Under the pieces are notes generated by a model. That model did not search any database and was not told where the DNA came from. It saw only the letters and a program-made list of their open reading frames with translations. This document shows positions 1-8,042 of a stretch of 64,000 nt of DNA, piece after piece (within the stretch, counting starts at the first letter, position 1; each line of letters begins with the position of its first letter). This stretch comes from Armatimonadota bacterium (lineage in GTDB: Bacteria > Armatimonadota > HRBIN16). Both the position numbers and the translations under genes were made by a program. The DNA lies in assembly GCA_963677485.1 (NCBI GenBank), contig OY781964.1, positions 2,880,001-2,944,000 on the forward strand. The letters are read 5' to 3'.

Positions 1-366
1 GATGCTGGCAAACGGCGTGCAAGATGGCGTATCGGGGAAGAAGCGGTGCATCAGATAGATGGTGCTGCCGGAGGCAAACAGGTTCACCGCAGCTCCGCTG
101 ACCACCTGGTCTGCGCGGAACCGCTGGGTCAACAGCCCATGCGTCAGCCCCAGCAACGCGCCCGCGGAGCATCCGATGACGGCTCCTGCCCAGGCCGACC
201 CAGTGAGCATCGCACCCGCGTATCCTGCGAAGGCACCCATCAGCATCTGACCTTCGAGTCCGATGTTCACCACTCCGCTGCGTTCGGATATGGTGCCGCC
301 CAATGCGGCCAGTCCCAGAGGCACACTCAAGCGCAGAGCACTGCGGATCAGTTCGGTGTCAAACAT
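1..366 (-). CDS. Simple-sugar/nucleoside ABC transporter permease 2 (3' end outside window)
   Basis: Manual translation from ATG 366: MFDTELIRSALRLSVPLGLAALGGTISERSGVVNIGLEGQML, the typical SERSGVVNIGLEG motif; overlaps upstream permease. Confidence 0.9.
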   Translation of the reverse strand, partial: MFDTELIRSALRLSVPLGLAALGGTISERSGVVNIGLEGQMLMGAFAGYAGAMLTGSAWAGAVIGCSAGALLGLTHGLLTQRFRADQVVSGAAVNLFASGSTIYLMHRFFPDTPSCTPFASI

Positions 367-1390
367 TGGCAGGCCCTCGGCGCATGGCGCGAATGGCTGC
401 GATCATCATGATCACTACCGCCTCCACAATCCAACTGATCTCACGCGGCACCTGCGGCGTGGTGAGCACCTGCATAGTGGTGGCCCCGTTGTGCAAGGCG
501 CCCAAAACAAATCCGCTGACCAGCACTCCGAATGGATGGTTCGCGCCGAGTAGGGCCACGGCGATGCCGTCAAAACCGTATCCGGGCGAGAAGGCGTCGA
601 TGAACTTGTGGTGAATACCCAGCACCTCGATGCAGCCCGCCAGGCCCGCGATGGCTCCGCTGATGGTGAGGCTAACCCAGGCCATCCGTTTGACATCGGC
701 TCCAGCCACCGCCGCCGCCTGCTCGTTGGTGCCGGTGGCGCGGAACTCAAATCCCCAGGCTGTGCGGTAGAGCAGATACCACATCAACACGCAGATACCA
801 AGAGCGAAAAACAGTCCGATGTGCAGACGGGTGTCTTGTATCAACAACGGTAGAACGGCCCCCTTCGCGATGGGAGCGGTCTGAACCGCCATGTTCGCGG
901 GTGAGGGGTCTTTCAGAATGCCTCCCGCCAGCCAGTGCGTGCCATACAGCGCGATGTAGTTGAACATAATGGTGGTAATGACCTCATGTGCACCCCGCTT
1001 GGCCTTCAGAATGCCGGGTATCCAGGCCCAGAAAGCTCCGCCCAGCACTCCGGCTCCGATGCAGAGGGTGATATGCAGCCAGGACGGCGTAGCAGGAAAG
1101 GCGATGCCCATCATACCCGCACAGAGTCCGCCTACCAGCAACTGCCCCTCCACGCCGATGTTGAACACACCGGCTTGCAGTCCCACAGCAATCGCTAAGC
1201 CGCAGATGGCGAGAGGAATCGCCCGTAAAGTGCTCTCCGCCAGTGCTCCGGGGTCGGTCAACCCGCCAGCAAACCAGGCGGACATCGCCTGCATCGGCTT
1301 CGCCCCGCTGATGGCGATGAGCAGGGCGGATATTAGCAGACTGGCCGCGAATACGGCGACGGGCCATCCCCATTTCCAAATCTGCTTCAC
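359..1390 (-). CDS. Simple-sugar/nucleoside ABC transporter permease
   Basis: AGVFNIGVEGQ, GAHEVITTIMFNY and GYGFDGIAVALLG motifs; multiple TM segments. Confidence 0.93.
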   Translation of the reverse strand: MKQIWKWGWPVAVFAASLLISALLIAISGAKPMQAMSAWFAGGLTDPGALAESTLRAIPLAICGLAIAVGLQAGVFNIGVEGQLLVGGLCAGMMGIAFPATPSWLHITLCIGAGVLGGAFWAWIPGILKAKRGAHEVITTIMFNYIALYGTHWLAGGILKDPSPANMAVQTAPIAKGAVLPLLIQDTRLHIGLFFALGICVLMWYLLYRTAWGFEFRATGTNEQAAAVAGADVKRMAWVSLTISGAIAGLAGCIEVLGIHHKFIDAFSPGYGFDGIAVALLGANHPFGVLVSGFVLGALHNGATTMQVLTTPQVPREISWIVEAVVIMMIAAIRAMRRGPANV

Positions 1391-2919
1391 TCGCGTAATC
1401 CCACCATCAACTTGCCAATGGCCTCCCTGTTCTCGTCAATACCATCTAAAATACCCATCAACTGGCCGTTATATAGCACAGCGATACGGTGGCACAGCTC
1501 AACCAGCTCACCGATGTCATAACTCACTATCACTGCGGCACAGCCTGTGGCACACGCCAGGGTGATCTGCTCGCGGACAAACTGCGCGCTTTGGGTATCC
1601 AGTCCACGGGTAGGGTGGCCTGCCACCAGCAGCGCGGGCGTCTGGTAGAGTGCGCGTCCGACCACCAGCTTCTGCTGGTTACCGCCAGAGAGTGTGCTGA
1701 GGCTTTGCTGCGGCGATTCGGCCTTCACCCGGAAGCGTTCGATGGTTTGAGTTGTGAACTGCCCCATGACCTTTGGCTTCAACATCCATCGGCCGAACTG
1801 CGGTTCACGCTGGTGACCCAGCATGGCGTTATCCACCAGGCTCCATTCGCTGATCGTGGCCCGGGAGTGGCGGTCCTCCGGGATGTAGCGAACCCCGCGA
1901 GCCAGGCGTCCACTCACCCCCAGATGTCCCACATCCTCGCCCATCAGCAACAACTGCCCGCCCTTGCAGCGTCGCAGCCCAACCAGCAGCTCCACCAGTT
2001 CCGCCTGGCCGCTTCCATCTACTCCGGCGATGCCCAGCACCTCGCCTTTTCTCACGGCGATGCTCAGGCCCTTCAATCCACTCCGGGCGTGTTTAGCGGC
2101 AATGCTTACCTGGCGCAGTTCCACCGCCAGCTCCTCGGAAGGAGCAGGCAGGCTGACGGGATCTGAGGTGACTATCACTTCGTCGGTGCCCATGATCTGG
2201 TTGGAGAGCTCAGTCAGGTTTAAATCCGCTGTGACGGGGTAGTCCGCCACGCTGCAGCCATTGCGCAGAACGGTGACGTGCTGGGCATGCTGCACCACCT
2301 CCTGAAGCCGATGGGTGACTACTATCGCGGTATGGCCATCCGTGGTAAGGCGATGAAGAAGTTCGTAAAAGCTCTCGGCATCGGAAGGGGGCAACACCGC
2401 TGTGGGTTCGTCGAAGATCAATATGCGGCAGCCGCGCATCAGCAAGCGCAGAATTTCCACCTTCTGCTGCTGTGAGACGCTGAGTTCACCGGCTGGTTGG
2501 TTCCATTCGACGTTCAGACCGAGGCCTTCGGTGTATTTCTGGGCTTCTTGAATGACCGGTGCCTTGGGCATGGACCTCCAACCGGTGGAGGGGTAGGTCA
2601 GCATGAGGTTTTCGATGATGCTGAGCTCCGGGATGAGCGCGTAATGCTGGCTGACCATGCCCACACCGGCACTTAGTGCATCAGCAGGACTGCCGAATTT
2701 CACTTTCTCACCGAACAGCGCCACACTCCCGCTATCCGGCGTGATCACACCATACAGCATGTTCATGAGGGTGGTCTTACCGGCCCCGTTCTCACCGACG
2801 ACAGCGTGTATTGAGGCCGATTCCACCTGCAAACTCACACGGTCATTGGCGATGCAGCTGCCGAAATGTTTATGCAGCTTCTCGGCCGCCACCGCCATTG
2901 GCTTCACGGATTGGCTCAT
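1387..2919 (-). CDS. Sugar/nucleoside ABC transporter ATP-binding protein (two ABC domains)
   Basis: Walker A GENGAGKTT, ILIFDEPT, LSGGNQQK. Confidence 0.95.
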   Translation of the reverse strand: MSQSVKPMAVAAEKLHKHFGSCIANDRVSLQVESASIHAVVGENGAGKTTLMNMLYGVITPDSGSVALFGEKVKFGSPADALSAGVGMVSQHYALIPELSIIENLMLTYPSTGWRSMPKAPVIQEAQKYTEGLGLNVEWNQPAGELSVSQQQKVEILRLLMRGCRILIFDEPTAVLPPSDAESFYELLHRLTTDGHTAIVVTHRLQEVVQHAQHVTVLRNGCSVADYPVTADLNLTELSNQIMGTDEVIVTSDPVSLPAPSEELAVELRQVSIAAKHARSGLKGLSIAVRKGEVLGIAGVDGSGQAELVELLVGLRRCKGGQLLLMGEDVGHLGVSGRLARGVRYIPEDRHSRATISEWSLVDNAMLGHQREPQFGRWMLKPKVMGQFTTQTIERFRVKAESPQQSLSTLSGGNQQKLVVGRALYQTPALLVAGHPTRGLDTQSAQFVREQITLACATGCAAVIVSYDIGELVELCHRIAVLYNGQLMGILDGIDENREAIGKLMVGLRE

Positions 2920-3653
2920 CTTCGGATGGCGACCATGCGGTTGATCAGGCGTCCGCCTACCAGCTTCTCCACCATCACATGACCATAGGCGCTGGTGGCG
3001 TGGATCATGCGGCCATCACCGATATAGATGCCCGTGTGGTCAATCACACCATCTTTAGCAAAGTAGACGCGGTCGCCAGGCTGGGCTTCATATATGTTGC
3101 CGATAGGCCGTCCCACGCTGACCTGCTGCCGTGCGGTCCTGGGCAGGTGGATGCCAAACCGGCGGAAGACCTGAAGCACGAAGCCGCTGCAGTCTGTGCC
3201 ATACTGGCTGGTACCGCCCCATACATAGGGGATGCCAAGGTATTGAAACGCCGTCTGCACGATGGGGCTGCCTATCCCGTCGGCCAGCCGCAGATTCACC
3301 AGCTCGATGGAGCCGCGCGGAACCCAACCTGGGCGGCCATCGTTCATCAGCAGGCCCAGCCAGCCGTCGGCCTCTTTGATCACCGCAACTGTCACGCCAG
3401 CGGGCACCAGCAGGTAACGCTGTGCCATACTATTCCGCTCACGGAATATGCCCACCGAGACCTTGGTGAAGCCGATGCGCCCAATCACGTTGTTGTTTTT
3501 GGGCTGCTCTTTGGGCTTTGGGGCCGGCTTAGGCGGCGGCATCAGTTTGTTCACCTCAGGGGTTAAGTCCCAGGTGATGGTGCTGTCTGCCCATGCCGTG
3601 GTTCCCAGCAGCAGCAGAGCGATCGCGAACAGTGGTATTACGCGCAACTTCAT
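2916..3653 (-). CDS. Secreted NlpC/P60 (C40) cell-wall peptidase with SH3-like domain
   Basis: Signal peptide; YLGIPYVWGG, DCSGFV catalytic Cys, HTGIYIGDG.MIHA. Confidence 0.93.
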   Translation of the reverse strand: MKLRVIPLFAIALLLLGTTAWADSTITWDLTPEVNKLMPPPKPAPKPKEQPKNNNVIGRIGFTKVSVGIFRERNSMAQRYLLVPAGVTVAVIKEADGWLGLLMNDGRPGWVPRGSIELVNLRLADGIGSPIVQTAFQYLGIPYVWGGTSQYGTDCSGFVLQVFRRFGIHLPRTARQQVSVGRPIGNIYEAQPGDRVYFAKDGVIDHTGIYIGDGRMIHATSAYGHVMVEKLVGGRLINRMVAIRR

Positions 3654-4387
3654 TTGATAAGCTTGTCCAAGTGCAATCCGTCAATGGTGATAAAGAAGAG
3701 CCGTTCGTAGAGAAGAGACAACCTCGCCATGATGGTGGAGCCGAATAGCGCACCAAAAGCGATCATCAACAGCATTCTACCGCTGGTGGCACTGAACTTG
3801 ATGGCCTTGTTCTCTTGCTTGAAGCTGAAGAAGAAGTAGCTCATCACGGCCAGCATGACGATGACGAAGATGAAGTTGTTCAGCACGCCGACCCAGCCGA
3901 TGGCCGCACCAGAGTCACCCAGCGCGAAGGGGTTCAGCGGCAGGAAGGATTTTTCGAGTTGCGGCCACATGGTGTTGGCGTAGATCTGGAATATCTGGCC
4001 GGCACTCATTCCCATGATCAGCCCGATGGGGATGCGGCTGATCCAGTTCAGTTTCTTGCTGTACACGAAGTAGAACATGATTCCGGCGAGGGCCGCGAAG
4101 ATGCCCCACCACTTCCCTTCGATAAACACCGGTTTGATGAAAAGCGGGTCGATCACCTCTCGGATCACGATCTGCAGCGAATAACCCGCTGCCAGGCCGA
4201 TATAGATGCGCTCAAACAGCCGGTAGAAGGCGTTCTCTCGAAACACCAGTGAGAAGATGGCCAGGGTGCAGATGATGGCGACCACTGTGCCGATCCCGGC
4301 CATGTTCACTCCGCCACCGGGCAGAACAAACATGCTGTGCATGGCCTGAAACCAGGCGACAGGATGGAATGCTGCTAAAAACATCAT
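3650..4387 (-). CDS. Conserved multi-pass membrane protein (DUF6754-associated module)
   Basis: About 6 hydrophobic helices; ENAFYRLFERIYIG and GRMLLMIAFGALFGSTIMARLSLL motifs; ATGA overlap with next gene. Confidence 0.8.
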   Translation of the reverse strand: MMFLAAFHPVAWFQAMHSMFVLPGGGVNMAGIGTVVAIICTLAIFSLVFRENAFYRLFERIYIGLAAGYSLQIVIREVIDPLFIKPVFIEGKWWGIFAALAGIMFYFVYSKKLNWISRIPIGLIMGMSAGQIFQIYANTMWPQLEKSFLPLNPFALGDSGAAIGWVGVLNNFIFVIVMLAVMSYFFFSFKQENKAIKFSATSGRMLLMIAFGALFGSTIMARLSLLYERLFFITIDGLHLDKLIK

Positions 4388-4393
4388 GTTAGT

Positions 4394-5233
4394 TTACCCT
4401 TTGGCCTTTCTGCGCTTTTGATTGATATACCCGATGTTGCCCAGCACGATCAACGCCATGATGAGCACATGCCCCCATGAGACCGCCCCCATGGCGGCTG
4501 TGGCAGAGCTGTTCACACCAATTAGTTTCTCATATTCCGCGGCACCTTTCATACCCTCCAGCAGGCCGTTCATCTGGCCGCTTTGCAGCAGAGGGTAGCT
4601 TTCGGGTGCCATAACGGCGGTTAAGGCGCAGACATACTTCAGGTTTGGCGTGGATTTAACCAGCAAGCCGATCCACATTTGGTAGAATGCGGTGCCGGTG
4701 ATCTCCACCAGGTAGTCGACATTCTTGATGGTTTTGATGCCCTCAAAGATGGGCAGCTTGGAGCAGGGGGTGCCGTTGCGGTCCTTGATGAAAGCACCTT
4801 GAATGTCGTTCTTCATCGCCTTCGCCATGATGTAGGGCTGCTGTATCCAACCCAGATGCACCCACTGGGTGCCATACTTGTAGTTGTATTCCTTAGCGAT
4901 GTTGGCGGCTATGCTGTAACTGAACGTAGCACCCACTGGATCCGCTGACAGTACGCAGACCTTGACACCCCGCTTCATCAGGTGACGTAAAATGACTTCG
5001 GTTTGGGGTTGATTCTCAGCCTTGGACCCTCCAGCCCAGGTGCAGCTTACGATGGCGAAGCCGTGATCTGGTATCTTTTCTGCCACATCATATGCCATTT
5101 GCGTGCTGTTCGTAATAAACATCGGCAACGGCCTTGGGTTGAAGATGGGCAGTATCATCACCACCATCAGCAGCACATACAGATAACGGCGGTCGATGTT
5201 CTGCATCCGGCTCCAAATATCTGGTCGATCCAT
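4394..5233 (-). CDS. Membrane-anchored alpha/beta-domain protein (DUF6754-associated module)
   Basis: N- and C-terminal TM helices around a soluble domain; SGQMNGLLEGMKGAAEYE motif. Confidence 0.8.
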   Translation of the reverse strand: MDRPDIWSRMQNIDRRYLYVLLMVVMILPIFNPRPLPMFITNSTQMAYDVAEKIPDHGFAIVSCTWAGGSKAENQPQTEVILRHLMKRGVKVCVLSADPVGATFSYSIAANIAKEYNYKYGTQWVHLGWIQQPYIMAKAMKNDIQGAFIKDRNGTPCSKLPIFEGIKTIKNVDYLVEITGTAFYQMWIGLLVKSTPNLKYVCALTAVMAPESYPLLQSGQMNGLLEGMKGAAEYEKLIGVNSSATAAMGAVSWGHVLIMALIVLGNIGYINQKRRKAKG

Positions 5234-5239
5234 GCTTAT

Positions 5240-6079
5240 CTATACCTCCGCATCATAATATGCGCCGCGCTCAAGGCTGAGCCACAAACGCAATGCTATC
5301 GCCAGTCCACCGACGCTCAGGCCAAATCCCACCCCGCGCAGCGCAGCGGCGTTGACCTCCTGCAGTATCCATTGCTTGATCACTTCCACACGCATACAGG
5401 CGTATGGGCCATCCACCGGTATCCAGGCGGTCAGCATGTTGCCCAGCGGAATGGCACCCAGCATCACCACGAATGCGGTGATCATGAGTATGGTGGCTTC
5501 CGTGGAGCGGATGCGGAAGGCGCGGTAGGAGGCGCTGACTATGTAGAACGCCACCAGTGAGAACATGCTGCTATCCATGCTGATCAGCATGTTGTTGAAC
5601 ATGATATCCCAGGCGTTGTTGGCAAATGTGAGTGTGGATTTGGAGCTGCCATACTGCTGCATCATGCCGATGACCGTGATGGCTGCGATGGAGATGATCA
5701 GCGCCAGACTGCTGGGCCAGCCCTTGCGCAGCTTGGCCAGGTTTCGGCCATGCACGCGCAGCAGACCCCAGATACCCACCGCGATGGTCATTCCGCCCAT
5801 CACACGGGCAAAGTCTGAGATAGGCACCAGCCAGCTTGAGAAGAGGTTCTCGCCGGCCTTAATGGGACCGCATCCCTCGGGTTTACCGCAGGTCGGCCAG
5901 AAGAATTCCAGCGCGAAATACAAACCGCCTAAGAATGTGACGATGGCAATGACTGTCTTCCGGCCTTTGGATGACATGGCCCCGATGGCCACCAGGCATA
6001 ATATCCAGATGAGAATGGAGACGATGAGTACCCCAGCCAGTGCCCAACTGTGCAGGGGGGTTGAGAAAAACTTCAGCAT
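5240..6079 (-). CDS. Conserved multi-pass membrane protein (DUF6754-associated module)
   Basis: About 7 TM helices; SMFSLVAFYIVSASYRAFRIRS motif. Confidence 0.8.
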   Translation of the reverse strand: MLKFFSTPLHSWALAGVLIVSILIWILCLVAIGAMSSKGRKTVIAIVTFLGGLYFALEFFWPTCGKPEGCGPIKAGENLFSSWLVPISDFARVMGGMTIAVGIWGLLRVHGRNLAKLRKGWPSSLALIISIAAITVIGMMQQYGSSKSTLTFANNAWDIMFNNMLISMDSSMFSLVAFYIVSASYRAFRIRSTEATILMITAFVVMLGAIPLGNMLTAWIPVDGPYACMRVEVIKQWILQEVNAAALRGVGFGLSVGGLAIALRLWLSLERGAYYDAEV

Positions 6080-6097
6080 GAGTGACGACTACCTCCC

Positions 6098-6913
6098 TTA
6101 ACCGGCGTTGACATTAAATAACTTCAAGATATGCTGCAACAGATGGCCAAACATGCTGGTTTCTGGCACTGCTGGCGCAAGGCTGGCCGCGATGACGCCC
6201 AATACTATTACGATGATGATCATCAGTTTTCCGATGTCCTGTCCCACCAAGCTGCCCAGGAGGGTAGGTTCGCGCGACAGATAGGCTGAGGCCGCGTAGA
6301 ACTCGTCTCCGATGATGGTGTAGTCGCAGGCGGCGATGAAGAAGGGCACCTGGGTGGTGCTGTCGGTACCGGCGATCTGAATGGCGCCCACCTGGTTGCC
6401 CGATTCGGCGAAAATCAATGATTCGGCAAAGAAGGAGCCAAACATGAAGATAGCGGCGGCCTTTTCGCGTTGAATCATACCGGCCACACCGGAGGCGTAG
6501 GCAAACTGGCGTTCGCTAAGGAACCTCACCGTGTCGGGATCAAACCGCTCTGGCACACCCTCCGCCTCGTAAGCGTTGCGGATCACCTCTTCGGCGACGG
6601 TCAGCACCTGGGCATCGCACACCGGCAAGAACATGGAGTTACCAAACCGCGCGATTTTGCGCGTAATATAGCTGAAAATGGTGAGGGCTTGTAGGGTGAC
6701 CACATCAAAGCCACTTAAGCCTGGGATCATGATGACCGGCCGTCCCATCTCTGTGGCGCGACCAATGGCCTCTTCTACAGCGGTCAGACCTGGAATCCGT
6801 CGGATGAACATCTGCTTGCCCCGACGGGCGGATAGTATTTTATATAGGATGACTGCAGCAATGACTAACTCAAACAGGATCACGGCAAGCCAGTTTTGAT
6901 CGGCATGTTGCAT
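6098..6913 (-). CDS. DUF6754-like membrane protein
   Basis: IRRIPGLTAVEEAIGRATEMGRP, QFAYASG and IIGDEFYAASAYLSREP motifs recognised from this family. Confidence 0.8.
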   Translation of the reverse strand: MQHADQNWLAVILFELVIAAVILYKILSARRGKQMFIRRIPGLTAVEEAIGRATEMGRPVIMIPGLSGFDVVTLQALTIFSYITRKIARFGNSMFLPVCDAQVLTVAEEVIRNAYEAEGVPERFDPDTVRFLSERQFAYASGVAGMIQREKAAAIFMFGSFFAESLIFAESGNQVGAIQIAGTDSTTQVPFFIAACDYTIIGDEFYAASAYLSREPTLLGSLVGQDIGKLMIIIVIVLGVIAASLAPAVPETSMFGHLLQHILKLFNVNAG

Positions 6914-6922
6914 ATTGGGCTC

Positions 6923-7261
6923 CTAAGTCGTTGCGTTGGGGTGCGGTTGGTGATCTGCTGGCTCATCGCCAGAGGCAGGCGGATCGTGCTCAAGCTGCTG
7001 GATGCGGTCGACCAGCCTCTCTACATTCTCCCGCTTTTCAAGAAACATGCGGTAGCGATTGACTTGCTCTGGCCCAAACAGTGGGCCAAGGATGGGCATC
7101 AAGACCGCCACTGCACTGCTGCCCAGCATATGGATGGGGGCGTGCAGCTCCAGCAGCAGCGTGGCTGGTACCGCCATTCCCCGTTTGACAACCTGGGTGG
7201 CGATGCGTTCGATCAGCCAATCGGCCTCTTGAGCACTCAGTTCAGCGTCTTCTAGCCACAT
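6923..7261 (-). CDS. Small conserved hypothetical protein
   Basis: In-operon ORF, IERIATQVVKRGMAVPATLLLELHAP...LEKRENVERLV. Confidence 0.75.
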   Translation of the reverse strand: MWLEDAELSAQEADWLIERIATQVVKRGMAVPATLLLELHAPIHMLGSSAVAVLMPILGPLFGPEQVNRYRMFLEKRENVERLVDRIQQLEHDPPASGDEPADHQPHPNATT

Positions 7262-7683
7262 AACGCCCTCCAGTGCTTGATCGCCTGCATCACTGGCTGC
7301 TTGTCGGGGGGAAGGCGCAGCTCCACTCCGCGGAATGGGGCCAGTCGGGAGGCCTGGGGCACCGAGCTGAGCTTCAGCCGGCCGTCATCGGTGGCGGAGA
7401 TATACTTCACACGGCTCCAGGCGATGTCATAACGGGCGAGCAGGGTGGCCATGTGCGCGCCCTCTTCGTCAAGCCAGTAACGCACCGGCAGCCAGTATTC
7501 GCGTGTGGACATAAAGATAAGGAGTAACGCCAGCAGACCGTATCCCACTTGCCGGAAGGCCAACCCCGCCAGCAGACTGCCCAGCATGGTGATGCCCAGC
7601 AGCGGCCAGGCCTTGCCGCGCTGCTGCGCGTAGAGGTGAACCCGCCACTGCAGTGAGGGTGGAACCACGGGGTCTAGCGGCAT
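7252..7683 (-). CDS. Hypothetical membrane protein (2 TM plus bacterial PH-like domain)
   Basis: First gene after the promoter, GGAG RBS, overlaps next ORF. Confidence 0.7.
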   Translation of the reverse strand: MPLDPVVPPSLQWRVHLYAQQRGKAWPLLGITMLGSLLAGLAFRQVGYGLLALLLIFMSTREYWLPVRYWLDEEGAHMATLLARYDIAWSRVKYISATDDGRLKLSSVPQASRLAPFRGVELRLPPDKQPVMQAIKHWRALCG

Positions 7684-7718
7684 CAGATGCTCCAGGGAAT
7701 AAAATGGGCGCCAGAGTC

Positions 7719-7748
7719 ATTATAGGAAGCAACGAAACAGCCTGTCAA
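7719..7748 (-). promoter_or_regulatory. Sigma70-type promoter of the operon starting at 7683
   Basis: Minus strand reads TTGACA-ggctgtttcgttgcttcc-TATAAT (consensus hexamers, 18 nt spacer), 35 nt upstream of the ATG. Confidence 0.8.
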
Positions 7749-7760
7749 ATGCCGGGGGGA

Positions 7761-8030
7761 AGGAGGTAGGAGACAGGAGGCAGGTGATCAGAATGGGAAC
7801 GATTGCTGGAGGGAGGGATCATCCACAGATTACACAGATTACGCAGATTATGTTGTGTGACAAATGGACCGCGCCGTTAATAATCCTTCGTGTTCATTCG
7901 TGTTCATTCGTGGTTAAAGTAAGACCGGTAGGATGAGTAGGACGAGTCGGACGGGCAGACCTTCTGCGTAATCTGCGTAATCTGTGGATGAATCCCTCCC
8001 CTCTGCGCCCTCCGCGCCTCCGCGTGACAA
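7761..8030. repeat. Composite short-period repeat with long inverted arms
   Basis: atccacagattacacagattacgcaga inverted to tctgcgtaatctgcgtaatctgtggat; internal (ttcgtgttca)n, ggaYgagtM 9-mers and 7-mer aggagNY. Confidence 0.85.
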
Positions 8031-8042
8031 ATCCCCCCACCT

